From an uncultured Pseudomonadota bacterium (GTDB lineage: Bacteria; Oederibacteriota; Muellerivitia; Muellerivitales; Muellerivitaceae), in assembly GCA_963770835.1 (NCBI GenBank), contig CAVYRH010000026.1, positions 576,001-640,000 of the forward strand: DNA of 64,000 nt. The letters are read 5' to 3'. The position numbers and the translations under genes were made by a program. Every line of letters starts with the position of its first letter. Position 1 is the stretch's first letter. Under the pieces are notes generated by a model. It saw only the letters and a program-made list of their open reading frames with translations, was not told the DNA's origin and did not search any database. Of this stretch, positions 1 through 9,342 are shown in pieces.

Positions 1-1
1 C

Positions 2-916
2 CTGGTCAAGGCCCTTCCCGCCATCCAGCAATTCTCGGGCGACGGTCTCTTCCTTTTTTCCGCCTTTTCCGGCGCCGAACCCCAAAGGCAGGCCCCCAAC
101 GACAAGTTCGTCTTCAACATCCGGGCCTCCTACCGCCAGGAAACCGCGGCCTTGGTGAATAACTTCACCAAGCTGGGTTTGAAGAACATCGGCGTTTTTA
201 TCCAGGATGACGCCTATGGGCGATCGGGGGAAGACGGGGTCATCCGGGCCCTGAAATCCCAAGGCCTGACCCTGACCGCCGAAACTACCTACCAGCGCAA
301 CGTGCCTTACGAAACCAGCATGGTCCAAGCCATGGGGGCTCTCAAGGCCTCCGGTACCCAGGCGGTCATCGCGGTCGGGGCCTACACCCAGTGCGCCGCC
401 TTCATCCGTGATGCCCGCAACGCCGGATGGAATGTGCCCATCGCCAACCTCTCCTTCGTGGGGGCCGACCAGTTGCTGAATAAGTTGCAGGAAGAGGGGA
501 AAACCTCGGGCAAGGACATGACAGCCCACCTGGTCAATTCCCAAGTGGTTCCGCCCTGGACCGACACCTCCGTGCCTCTCGTGGCCGAATACCGGGAAGC
601 CGTGGACAAGGACAATCCCCAACTTCCCGCGGACCTGCAGGATCCCGCCTACAAACCCGCCACGTATAGCTTCGGGGCACTGGAAGGATACTTGGATGCC
701 AAGGCCTTCGTGGAAATCCTGAAAAAAACGCCAGCGGATTTGACCCGGGCTTCCTTTATGAAGGCGGCCGAATCCAGCAAATCCTTAAACGTAGGCTTGG
801 GGGTTCCCCTTTCCTTCTCCAAGACCAACCACCAGGCTTCCAACAAGGTCTTCTTCACGACCGTGGAAAACGGGCAATGGGTGACCTTGAAGGATTGGAA
901 GGGATTGGTGAAATAA
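2..916 (+). CDS. ABC-type (branched-chain amino acid-like) periplasmic substrate-binding protein, 5' truncated by window edge
   Basis: Frame open from base 2; FNIRASYRQE, IGVFIQDDAYG and SFVGA motifs typical of the PBP1/LivJ-like family. Confidence 0.8.
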   Translation: MVKALPAIQQFSGDGLFLFSAFSGAEPQRQAPNDKFVFNIRASYRQETAALVNNFTKLGLKNIGVFIQDDAYGRSGEDGVIRALKSQGLTLTAETTYQRNVPYETSMVQAMGALKASGTQAVIAVGAYTQCAAFIRDARNAGWNVPIANLSFVGADQLLNKLQEEGKTSGKDMTAHLVNSQVVPPWTDTSVPLVAEYREAVDKDNPQLPADLQDPAYKPATYSFGALEGYLDAKAFVEILKKTPADLTRASFMKAAESSKSLNVGLGVPLSFSKTNHQASNKVFFTTVENGQWVTLKDWKGLVK

Positions 917-917
917 A

Positions 918-2531
918 GTGGAGGACCTCTACCAGGGCAAGACGCCCATGACCGAGTTTCTTGGAAAATTGTCCAAGCGGCTGGGGGGGTGGGGATTAAG
1001 GAACAAAATCCTGGCCCCCACCATCCTAATTACAATCCTAACGGGCTTGGTGCTGAACTTCCAGTCCGCTTCCCGCATCCAAAAGATGCTGCACGGCGAG
1101 TTGCAATCCAAGGGTACGGCGCTTTGCCACGCCCTGGCCGCCAACGCCCAGCAGTCGCTGTCTACCCAGGACGTGACCACCCTTCAAAGCCATATCGACG
1201 AGTACCGCCAGACCTCGGGAGTGGCTTACGTGTATGTCGTTGATGCCAAGGGAAAGGTTTTGGTCCATACCTTTTCGCCCAGTTTTCCAGAAGGGTTGCA
1301 GGAAGTGAACAGTCCCCCTGCCGGAACCTCGGAAAGCCAAGTCAAGACCGTCGACTATATGGGGGTTTACGCCCTGGACATCGCCACCCCTATCCTGGCG
1401 GGGATCATGGGAACGGCCCATATCGGGATGGACCTGAACCTGGAAAAGGCCCAGGTGCGGGCCAACGCTTGGAGTTCGCTTTTTTCGGTCGGCCTGATCC
1501 TGCTGTTGGGCATCGTGGCCCTTTGGGCGGTCACGAATAGGATCATCAACCCCATTTTGGCCTTGAGCGCGGCCACCGAAAAGATCCTGAAAGAAGGGGA
1601 CCTGTCCCAAAAGATCAAGGTCGGTTCCCAGGATGAAGTGGGCCGCTTGGCCAGTAATTTCTCGTTGATGGTGGAAAAGCTCCGGGAAATCCCCTTAGGC
1701 CTCCAGGCATCGGTGCAAAAGCTCTCCCACGCCCTCTCCGGCCTGGAGAAGGCCGCTGATGAGCAAAACAAGAGCGTGACGGCCCAGGCCGCCTCGCTGC
1801 AGGAAACCCAGGTAACGGCCCAGGAAATCAAGCAAACTTCCCAGATGGCGGCTCAAAAAGCCACCGACATCCTCCGGATGGCGGAAAAGGCCGATGAGAT
1901 CGGCAGGACGGGGGAGGAGTCGGTGGAACTGAGCTTGAAAGGCCTGATGGGTATCCGGCAACAGGTGCAGGAAATCGCGGCAAAAATCGGCGACCTGACC
2001 GACCGCACCCGGCAAGTCGGCAGCATCACGGACACGGTCAAGGACTTGGCGGACCAATCCAACATGCTGGCCCTGAACGCCGCCATCGAGGCGGTGCGGT
2101 CGGGTGAGCACGGCAAGGGCTTCGGCCTGGTGGCGCGGGAAATCCGGCGGCTGGCGGACCAGTCCCTGCAATCCACCGGACGGGTCAAGGAGATCCTGGA
2201 CAACATCAGCGAGGCCATCGACAAGGTGGTCCAGATCAACGAATCGGGGTCGGCCCGGATGGAAAGCGGGCTGGTGCAGGTGAAGAACTCGGGGGAAAAC
2301 CTGAGGGCCCTGGTCAACGTGATCAAGGAGAATTCGGACTCGGTGAAACAAATCGCCAACGCGGTCAACCAGCAAAATATCGGCATCAGCCAGGTTTTCA
2401 TCGCGGTGAAGGACCAAAACGGCATGATGGAAGAGACGGTGAAGCGGCTGGAAACCACCACGGAGGCAGTGAAGGTGCTGCAGGAAGTGGCCAAGTCGGT
2501 TTCAGACATCGTGGGAAGTTATAAGGTTTGA
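918..2531 (+). CDS. methyl-accepting chemotaxis protein (Cache-like sensor, HAMP, MCP signal domain); start may be ATG 948
   Basis: Two TM segments, HAMP DEVGRLA, MCP tip ADQSNMLALNAAIEAVRSGEHGKGF. Confidence 0.92.
   Translation: MEDLYQGKTPMTEFLGKLSKRLGGWGLRNKILAPTILITILTGLVLNFQSASRIQKMLHGELQSKGTALCHALAANAQQSLSTQDVTTLQSHIDEYRQTSGVAYVYVVDAKGKVLVHTFSPSFPEGLQEVNSPPAGTSESQVKTVDYMGVYALDIATPILAGIMGTAHIGMDLNLEKAQVRANAWSSLFSVGLILLLGIVALWAVTNRIINPILALSAATEKILKEGDLSQKIKVGSQDEVGRLASNFSLMVEKLREIPLGLQASVQKLSHALSGLEKAADEQNKSVTAQAASLQETQVTAQEIKQTSQMAAQKATDILRMAEKADEIGRTGEESVELSLKGLMGIRQQVQEIAAKIGDLTDRTRQVGSITDTVKDLADQSNMLALNAAIEAVRSGEHGKGFGLVAREIRRLADQSLQSTGRVKEILDNISEAIDKVVQINESGSARMESGLVQVKNSGENLRALVNVIKENSDSVKQIANAVNQQNIGISQVFIAVKDQNGMMEETVKRLETTTEAVKVLQEVAKSVSDIVGSYKV
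1626..2531 (+). repeat. 906-bp direct repeat copy 1 (MCP cytoplasmic domain)
   Basis: Matches 3932..4837 (offset 2306); about 3 substitutions seen by eye. Confidence 0.95.
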
Positions 2532-2591
2532 GGACTGCTAAACAGCGGTTTCTGCATATGATGCAGAAAATTCAAGATCGGAGATGAAGAG

Positions 2592-3140
2592 ATGAAAAAG
2601 TTAGTCTTGTGGGGATTAGCCGGTTTTATGGCCGTGGGCGCTGCTGGGGCTTCGGGTGATTCCAAAAAATCGGACAAGATGGTGAAGAGGTGCCTGCCCG
2701 TGATCCAGCAATTGGCGGCGGAAAAAACGGTCGTGTCCGATACTGTGGACCAGAACGCGCATCCCTTGAACGCAGACGCCGCACAAAAGCTCCAGGAGGA
2801 TTGGGAGGAAATCGGGATTGCCGACTCGGTGAAGCCCTACCTGAACAAGCCTTCCTGCGCAACCATCAAGGCTTATAAGGACAAACTGCCCACCGCCGTC
2901 AAGTTCTTCACCCTGGACGCCCAGGGAAACGTGGTGGCTACGGTGCCTAAGTCCAAAGATTTCATCCATGCGACCGAGGAAAAGTTCGTGAAGTGCTACA
3001 ACGGCGGCAATGGAAAGGTCTTCGTGGATAAGGCGAAGCTGGACGTTTCCACCAAGATCTATTCGGTCCAGGTGGCCGCCCCCATCCAAGATGGCGGTAA
3101 GACCGTCGGTGTCCTCGTCGTCACCCTTTCTTTGGAATAA
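2592..3140 (+). CDS. stand-alone secreted Cache/PDC-like sensor domain protein
   Basis: Signal peptide; FTLDAQGNVVA ... VAAPIQDGGKTVGVL Cache-like motif; no cytoplasmic output domain. Confidence 0.7.
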   Translation: MKKLVLWGLAGFMAVGAAGASGDSKKSDKMVKRCLPVIQQLAAEKTVVSDTVDQNAHPLNADAAQKLQEDWEEIGIADSVKPYLNKPSCATIKAYKDKLPTAVKFFTLDAQGNVVATVPKSKDFIHATEEKFVKCYNGGNGKVFVDKAKLDVSTKIYSVQVAAPIQDGGKTVGVLVVTLSLE

Positions 3141-3199
3141 GGACCGGTCGTATTCGCAATTGGACCCCTTAGGTAGAGGGGCTCTGAGGGAACGAATTA

Positions 3200-4837
3200 A
3201 TGGAAAAAGTTAAAAAGTCCAAAAGTTTTACACTGAAAAAGCGTTTGGGGCTGAGCGTTGGGATCATGTCCCTCCTCTTTTTAGGCCTTTTTTATATTGG
3301 GTTCTTGACGGCCAGATCGTCCAACCAGAGGGTTAGGGATGTTTATGAGCAGACCAACGCCAAGACCATCGCGGCCGTAGCGCTCGAGAACGCCTTTACC
3401 AAGAGCCTCGTTACCCTGGTAGACCAGCTGGCGCTCGAGGTTTATCCCTGGGATGTGGCCCCGGACCGCCTGGCGGAAATCCAAGGGATCATCCACGACA
3501 ACCTGGATTTCCTGCACAAGACCCCGCTGGACGACGATGAGAAGGCTTTGGCCGAAGATATCTTTTCAAAGGTGGATAAAGCCAACGACTTCCTCGCGAA
3601 ATTCGGGAAGACCGTGGACCATAAGGATTTGGCGGCTTTAAGGGCTTTAAGGCCCGACCTTTATCCGGCGGTTCAGCCCATTGGCTATAGCGTCCAGGAA
3701 TTCCTGGACTATGAACTGGGCAAGTCCAAGAACCTCCTGCAAAAAAGCGATAGGACCTTCCAGAATTCCTACCGGGCCATCCTGGGCCTTTCCGTTCTTT
3801 TGGTCTTACTGATCGGCGGAGCGGCCCTTTGGTTCATGAACCGTCAGGTCATACGGCCCATCGAAATCCTTAGCGCGGTCACGGAAAGGATCGTTCGGGA
3901 AGGGGACCTGACCCAAAAAATCGAGATCCGGTCCCAGGATGAAGTGGGCCGCTTGGCCAGTAATTTCTCGTTGATGGTGGAAAAGCTCCGGGAAATCCCC
4001 TTAGGCCTCCAGGCATCGGTGCAAAAGCTCTCCCACGCCCTCTCCGGCCTGGAGAAGGCCGCTGATGAGCAAAACAAGAGCGTGACGGCCCAGGCCGCCT
4101 CGCTGCAGGAAACCCAGGTGACGGCCCAGGAAATCAAGCAAACTTCCCAGATGGCGGCTCAAAAAGCCACCGACATCCTCCGGATGGCGGAAAAGGCCGA
4201 TGAGATCGGCAGGACGGGGGAGGAGTCGGTGGAACTGAGCTTGAAAGGCCTGATGGATATCCGGCAACAGGTGCAGGAAATCGCGGCAAAAATCGGCGAC
4301 CTGACCGACCGCACCCGGCAAGTCGGCAGCATCACGGACACGGTCAAGGACTTGGCGGACCAATCCAACATGCTGGCCCTGAACGCCGCCATCGAGGCGG
4401 TGCGGTCGGGTGAGCACGGCAAGGGCTTCGGCCTGGTGGCGCGGGAAATCCGGCGGCTGGCGGACCAGTCCCTGCAATCCACCGGACGGGTCAAGGAGAT
4501 CCTGGACAACATCAGCGAGGCCATCGACAAGGTGGTCCAGATCAACGAATCGGGGTCGGCCCGGATGGAAAGCGGGCTGGTGCAGGTGAAGAACTCGGGG
4601 GAAAACCTGAGGGCCCTGGTCAACGTGATCAAGGAGAATTCGGACTCGGTGAAACAAATCGCCAACGCGGTCAACCAGCAAAATATCGGCATCAGCCAGG
4701 TTTTCATCGCGGTGAAGGACCAAAACGGCATGATGGAAGAGACGGTGAAGCGGCTGGAAACCACCACGGAGGCAGTGAAGGTGCTGCAGGAAGTGGCCAA
4801 GTCGGTTTCAGACATCGTGGGAAGTTACAAGGTTTGA
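3200..4837 (+). CDS. methyl-accepting chemotaxis protein with four-helix-bundle sensor
   Basis: TM, helical periplasmic domain, TM, HAMP, MCP; signal domain near-identical to that of 918..2531. Confidence 0.92.
   Translation: MEKVKKSKSFTLKKRLGLSVGIMSLLFLGLFYIGFLTARSSNQRVRDVYEQTNAKTIAAVALENAFTKSLVTLVDQLALEVYPWDVAPDRLAEIQGIIHDNLDFLHKTPLDDDEKALAEDIFSKVDKANDFLAKFGKTVDHKDLAALRALRPDLYPAVQPIGYSVQEFLDYELGKSKNLLQKSDRTFQNSYRAILGLSVLLVLLIGGAALWFMNRQVIRPIEILSAVTERIVREGDLTQKIEIRSQDEVGRLASNFSLMVEKLREIPLGLQASVQKLSHALSGLEKAADEQNKSVTAQAASLQETQVTAQEIKQTSQMAAQKATDILRMAEKADEIGRTGEESVELSLKGLMDIRQQVQEIAAKIGDLTDRTRQVGSITDTVKDLADQSNMLALNAAIEAVRSGEHGKGFGLVAREIRRLADQSLQSTGRVKEILDNISEAIDKVVQINESGSARMESGLVQVKNSGENLRALVNVIKENSDSVKQIANAVNQQNIGISQVFIAVKDQNGMMEETVKRLETTTEAVKVLQEVAKSVSDIVGSYKV
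3932..4837 (+). repeat. 906-bp direct repeat copy 2 (MCP cytoplasmic domain)
   Basis: Matches 1626..2531. Confidence 0.95.
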
Positions 4838-4968
4838 GCCGTTGCTGGGTTGTTCTTTGGCCGTTGTCGTTCTGACTTCGCTGTGTTGTCTCTTAGCGGT
4901 GCTGGTTGGTATCAATTCATTTCAAGCTTCCCTGAGTTTGAAATGAAAACTTATTTGGGAGGTTTTGA

Positions 4969-6033
4969 ATGAAATTTGAAATTAAGAAATGGGTTTTGCG
5001 CGTGGCTTTAGCCGGGGTTCTTTCCATGGGAATGGTTGATGTGGCAAAAGCCGATTCCTCGGAAACCGCAGCGGTTTCCGCAACGCCGATTGCCACTCCG
5101 GCGGTTGCCGCTCCGAAGTGGGGCGTCTTGCTTCAAGAGGAAGGAACGCAGGTATTCGGACAAAACGAAGCCCCGAGTTCCTTGAACTTGGGTTTACAAA
5201 ACATCCGTTTAAAGAGCACTTTTGGCATTGACGCCGCCGATACCGCTGTCGTACAAGCCGGGTTTGCCAACGCGGGCATCAGCGCGTTTGAAATGTTGGA
5301 CGCTTACGATGTCCATAACCTGGGAGATATCAACCCGGGCCTGGCATTGAAAGCCGGGCAGTTCAAGTACCCCTTCGGTTGGGATAAAGCCCTGAGTCCG
5401 GATCAATTGACCCGCACCCAATATTCCACCATCGACGCGGTTGTCCCGGCCGGTCTTACTAATACGCCCAGTAATTCATGGGATGTGGGCGTGGAATTGG
5501 ATCAAATCTACAACGACTTGACCCTTCGATTGGCCGCGGTTCAAAATCCAAACTCAACCTCGCCTACGAGCAACAAGGATTATGTCGGCCGCGTTCAATG
5601 GAAGAGCGCCAACTTAAACTTGGGGTTGTCCGACTATTACTCGGCTTCTACGCTGGTCATTGGCGGCGATCCCAGGGCCAACAACCTCAACACCGTGGGC
5701 GCCAACGCCACGGTCAAGGTGGATGTGTTCAATTTGGACCTGGAAGCGGTTTGGGGCGATGCCAACGTCAACGGTTATACCGGCACTTTGTCGGCCAAGC
5801 CGATTCCCGGTTTCCAGCCGGCTGTTTGGTATGAATTCACCATGAACAACAGAACGGTTGTGGCACCCCACAATAGTGTTTTGAGCAACGATTTGGGGGC
5901 CGGCCTGAATTTCTGGCTCGGAGATCAAACCCGTTTGGCGATGGATGCGGATTTTACCGGTTGGGCCGCTTCTGGCTCGTGTGACATCTTGAGTTACAAT
6001 AAGGAAACCGTCCAACTTCAAGAAGTGTTTTAA
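4969..6033 (+). CDS. outer-membrane porin-like protein (OprO/P-like)
   Basis: Signal peptide, LKAGQFKYPFG motif, amphipathic strands, C-terminal Phe. Confidence 0.7.
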   Translation: MKFEIKKWVLRVALAGVLSMGMVDVAKADSSETAAVSATPIATPAVAAPKWGVLLQEEGTQVFGQNEAPSSLNLGLQNIRLKSTFGIDAADTAVVQAGFANAGISAFEMLDAYDVHNLGDINPGLALKAGQFKYPFGWDKALSPDQLTRTQYSTIDAVVPAGLTNTPSNSWDVGVELDQIYNDLTLRLAAVQNPNSTSPTSNKDYVGRVQWKSANLNLGLSDYYSASTLVIGGDPRANNLNTVGANATVKVDVFNLDLEAVWGDANVNGYTGTLSAKPIPGFQPAVWYEFTMNNRTVVAPHNSVLSNDLGAGLNFWLGDQTRLAMDADFTGWAASGSCDILSYNKETVQLQEVF

Positions 6034-6168
6034 TAAAGTTTGTATAATTCGAATATGGGGTTGATTCTTTAAATCCTATTCCTTCTTTTTTTGGAGCTCA
6101 ATTCAGGGTTGGGCTTCACTTGGGAAAGCAGAGTATTCCACCAACAACTTTTAACGGCTGAGGTTCAA

Positions 6169-6200
6169 GGCCCATTCCTGAAAGGGGATGAGCCTTTTTT
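6169..6200 (+). terminator. rho-independent terminator
   Basis: GGCCCATTCC-TGAAA-GGGGATGAGCC imperfect hairpin followed by T6. Confidence 0.55.
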
Positions 6201-6277
6201 ATTACCCTGATCCCCGGCGCCGTAGTTAAAAAGCCCAAAAAGGGAATGACGAACGTCTAAAAAGAAAGGCGGGTGGA

Positions 6278-6838
6278 ATGAAAACGATCAAACGGTTTTT
6301 GCTGATCCCGGCGCTTTTAATGCCGGTGGTTCTCCTGATGGGTTGTCCCGCCAAACCCCCGACTTCCCCGAACGCGGCCTTGATCCAAAATAATTGGAAC
6401 GGGCAAACTCCCACCGGTTACACCAATCTCATCACCAGTTCGGGCTTTTACGTCCAACCCTATCCGGGAAGCACCATGTCCAGCGTTGTGTTGTGGTTCC
6501 TGGTAAACCAAACGGGAAGCTATAACTATAATTTGACGGTTACGGATTCGGCCTATAACGGCAGCGTCATTGGAACCGCCTCCAGCGGGCCCGTTTCCCT
6601 TTCCTCGACCGCCCTTTACCAGCCGGTCACCTTTACCCTTAGCGGCGACCCCGGCGTCACCAAGGGCCATACGGTGGCTTTCGCCGTGAATGCCACGAGC
6701 GGCCCGGGCACCACTTCCTATTGCCCCCAAGCGTCCAACGCCAACAACGTCAATATCGTGCTGACCATCGGGACCAGTCCCCCGCTCGGAACCGCCCAAG
6801 GCACCGGTGTGGCGGTGGTGATCGACGGCAATAGTTAA
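6278..6838 (+). CDS. hypothetical lipoprotein
   Basis: Lipobox LMGC followed by PAKPPTSP; Ser/Thr-rich beta-type domain. Confidence 0.7.
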   Translation: MKTIKRFLLIPALLMPVVLLMGCPAKPPTSPNAALIQNNWNGQTPTGYTNLITSSGFYVQPYPGSTMSSVVLWFLVNQTGSYNYNLTVTDSAYNGSVIGTASSGPVSLSSTALYQPVTFTLSGDPGVTKGHTVAFAVNATSGPGTTSYCPQASNANNVNIVLTIGTSPPLGTAQGTGVAVVIDGNS

Positions 6839-6985
6839 AGCCGGTTCCCGATGGCGCAGCGGGGAATTAAAACCATTCCCGGTTGAAACCTTCCGAAATC
6901 CCCCCGCTCTCTTCCGGCTATGGACGGGACTGGGCCGCGTGTTAAACTAAATCCCCAATTTCCATTTCCAAGGAAGCCCTTCCCT

Positions 6986-8164
6986 ATGATTTATTTCGAC
7001 CACGCCGCCACGACGCCCCTGGACGACCAAGTCCTTGAGGCCATGATGCCGTATCTAAAGGAAAACTTCGGCAATCCCTCCAGTGTGCACGGGCCGGGCC
7101 GGGACGCCAGGGCCGCCATGGAGCGGGCCCGGGAGCAAATCGCCGATACCCTGAACGCCGACCCCCGGGAAATAGTCTTTACCAGCGGCGGCACCGAGAG
7201 CGTGAACGCCGTGCACAAGGGGGCGGCCTGGGCCTTCCACGGCAAGTATCGCCACCTCATTATCTCCTCGGTTGAGCACGCCTGCGTGCTGGAATGCAGC
7301 GAATGGTTGACCAACCATGGCTTCGCGGTGACCGAGATCCTCGTGGACGCCGAAGGCCGGGTGAACCCCAAGGATGTCCAGAAGGCCATCCGTCCCGGCG
7401 AAACCGGGCTCATTTCCATCATGGCCGCCAACAACGAGGTGGGCACCCTCCAGCCTTTCCGCGAGATCGGGGCCATCGCCCGGGAGCAGGGCGTCCTTTT
7501 CCACACCGACGCGGTGCAGGCCTACGGCAAGATCCCCCTGGACGTGCAAAGGGACCACATCGACTTCCTCTCGGTCTCGGGGCACAAGATCTACGGGCCC
7601 AAGGGCACTGGGTTTTTCTACCAGCGAAAGGGGGTCGAACTGGTCCCCCTGATCCACGGCGGCGGGCAGGAGCGGGATCGGCGGGGCGGCACGGAAAACG
7701 TGGCGGGCATCGTGGGGCTGGGCGCGGCGGCTATGAAGATATGCGCCGAGGTCAACGAGGGTGGGCGGCTGCGCGTGATGACGGACCTTTTCCTGCAGGA
7801 ACTCAAGAAGCACTTCCCGGAAGCCCGGGTGAACGGGCCGGAGAATTCCGACCAGCGGGTTCCGGGCATCCTCAACATCACCCTGCCGGGCCTGGAGGGG
7901 GAAAACCTGGTGCACAGCCTGGACGCCGCCGGCTTCGCCGCCTCCTCGGGCGCGGCCTGCGCGGCCGGGTCGGCGCCGCCCTCCCACGTGCTTCTTTCCA
8001 TGGGCCGCAACGCCAAGGAATCCAAGCAGGGGTTGCGCTTTTCCTTCGGCCGTTCCAATACCGGCGAGCAGGTCAAGCAACTGGTGCAGGCCCTTCCTTC
8101 CATCACCAAGAACCTGACGATGATGTCGTCCTTCTTCGACGACGATGAACCTGCGAAAAAATAG
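6986..8164 (+). CDS. cysteine desulfurase (IscS/NifS family)
   Basis: MIYFDHAATTP, FTSGGTES, HTDAVQ, SGHKIYGPKG (PLP lysine), SSGAAC catalytic Cys. Confidence 0.93.
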   Translation: MIYFDHAATTPLDDQVLEAMMPYLKENFGNPSSVHGPGRDARAAMERAREQIADTLNADPREIVFTSGGTESVNAVHKGAAWAFHGKYRHLIISSVEHACVLECSEWLTNHGFAVTEILVDAEGRVNPKDVQKAIRPGETGLISIMAANNEVGTLQPFREIGAIAREQGVLFHTDAVQAYGKIPLDVQRDHIDFLSVSGHKIYGPKGTGFFYQRKGVELVPLIHGGGQERDRRGGTENVAGIVGLGAAAMKICAEVNEGGRLRVMTDLFLQELKKHFPEARVNGPENSDQRVPGILNITLPGLEGENLVHSLDAAGFAASSGAACAAGSAPPSHVLLSMGRNAKESKQGLRFSFGRSNTGEQVKQLVQALPSITKNLTMMSSFFDDDEPAKK

Positions 8165-8870
8165 TTTGAAGTCCGCTTCTCCGTTTGACGCATTGGTGGT
8201 GTTCGCCAAGGTCCCCCGATCGGGGAAAGTCAAAACCCGTCTGGGTTCAGTTATCGGCAATCCATCCGCCGCTGAACTTTACGGCCTCTTCCTGAAGTAC
8301 CTTTCCTGGCAATTCCGAAAACTGCCGCAGGACTTAAGACTTTTCATCGCGGTGGACCCCCCGGGGGGTTCCCGACGAATCCACCGTTATTTTCCCTCTT
8401 CGCACCGGCTCACAGTCTTCTCCCAGAAAGGGCGGGACCTGGGGGCGCGGATGCTTCAGGCCACGGAGGAAGTAAAGCGAAGAGGGGCCCGCAAGGTCCT
8501 GATCATCGGTTCGGATTGCCTGGAATTGTCCGTTGGGCATTTGAGGGAGGGGCTGAAGCTTCTCGACCGCAAGGACCTGGTTTTGGGGCCCGCGAAGGAC
8601 GGCGGCTATTACCTGGTGGGTTGGAAAAGGCCACTGCCCGCTTGTTTCAAGGGAGTGGCTTGGGGAACTTCCCGGGTGCTTCAGAAAACCGTGGGAAACG
8701 CCCGAAAGCAGGGGCTCACGGCCGGCTTCTTAGGGGTTCTTTCCGACGTGGACCGGACCGAGGACCTGCCCCGGCTGTTCCGGAAGCTGGATGGCCGCAA
8801 CCCCGCCACCCGGAGCTTGAGGGAGGCAGCCCCAGGCGTCAGTTCCCGGCGACGTCGACCGAGGCAATGA
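8145..8870 (+). CDS. DUF2064 / TIGR04282-family glycosyltransferase-like protein
   Basis: FAKVPRSGKVKTRL, QKGRDLGARM, IGSDC, LGPAKDGGYYL, DVDRTEDL. Confidence 0.85.
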   Translation: MNLRKNSLKSASPFDALVVFAKVPRSGKVKTRLGSVIGNPSAAELYGLFLKYLSWQFRKLPQDLRLFIAVDPPGGSRRIHRYFPSSHRLTVFSQKGRDLGARMLQATEEVKRRGARKVLIIGSDCLELSVGHLREGLKLLDRKDLVLGPAKDGGYYLVGWKRPLPACFKGVAWGTSRVLQKTVGNARKQGLTAGFLGVLSDVDRTEDLPRLFRKLDGRNPATRSLREAAPGVSSRRRRPRQ

Positions 8871-9342
8871 CCTTTAAGCCCTGGTTGTTGGCGATGTCCT
8901 TATCCGAAACAAACCCGATGGCGTCCCCGTTTTTCCCGACTTCCCGGATGACGTCGCTGGAGGAGGGCAGCATGGTGGGCGCTGCCAGGCCGTCGATGAA
9001 GGCCTTTCCGCTCCAGATCTTCTTGTACTGCGCCTTGGTTTTGTTCAGCACCTTCTTGAGAAAAAGGTCGTTCAGGTCGCCGCCGCCGTTGACCAGGGGC
9101 TCGATCTTATCGCCGTTCTGGAACTGCTTGTCCCCCAGGTAGATCGCCGGAACATCCTTGGAATTCAGGCCCGCCAGGGCCCCGTCGGCCTTCACGATCA
9201 CCACCAGCTTGGAGAATTTCCCCGGCGCCTTGGCGAAGGCCGCGGGCAGCGCCACCGAGAAGGCCGCCAGGAAGAGGGCGCCGGTTTTCCATCGATTCAT
9301 TTTTTCCATGAGGTTTTGACCCGTTTTTTTAAGGTTGTCCAT
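8839..9342 (-). CDS. small periplasmic substrate-binding-like protein (PstS-like fold)
   Basis: Signal peptide; VVIV...IYLG...AIGFV pattern; coupled to the upstream porin gene. Confidence 0.65.
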   Translation of the reverse strand: MDNLKKTGQNLMEKMNRWKTGALFLAAFSVALPAAFAKAPGKFSKLVVIVKADGALAGLNSKDVPAIYLGDKQFQNGDKIEPLVNGGGDLNDLFLKKVLNKTKAQYKKIWSGKAFIDGLAAPTMLPSSSDVIREVGKNGDAIGFVSDKDIANNQGLKVIASVDVAGN

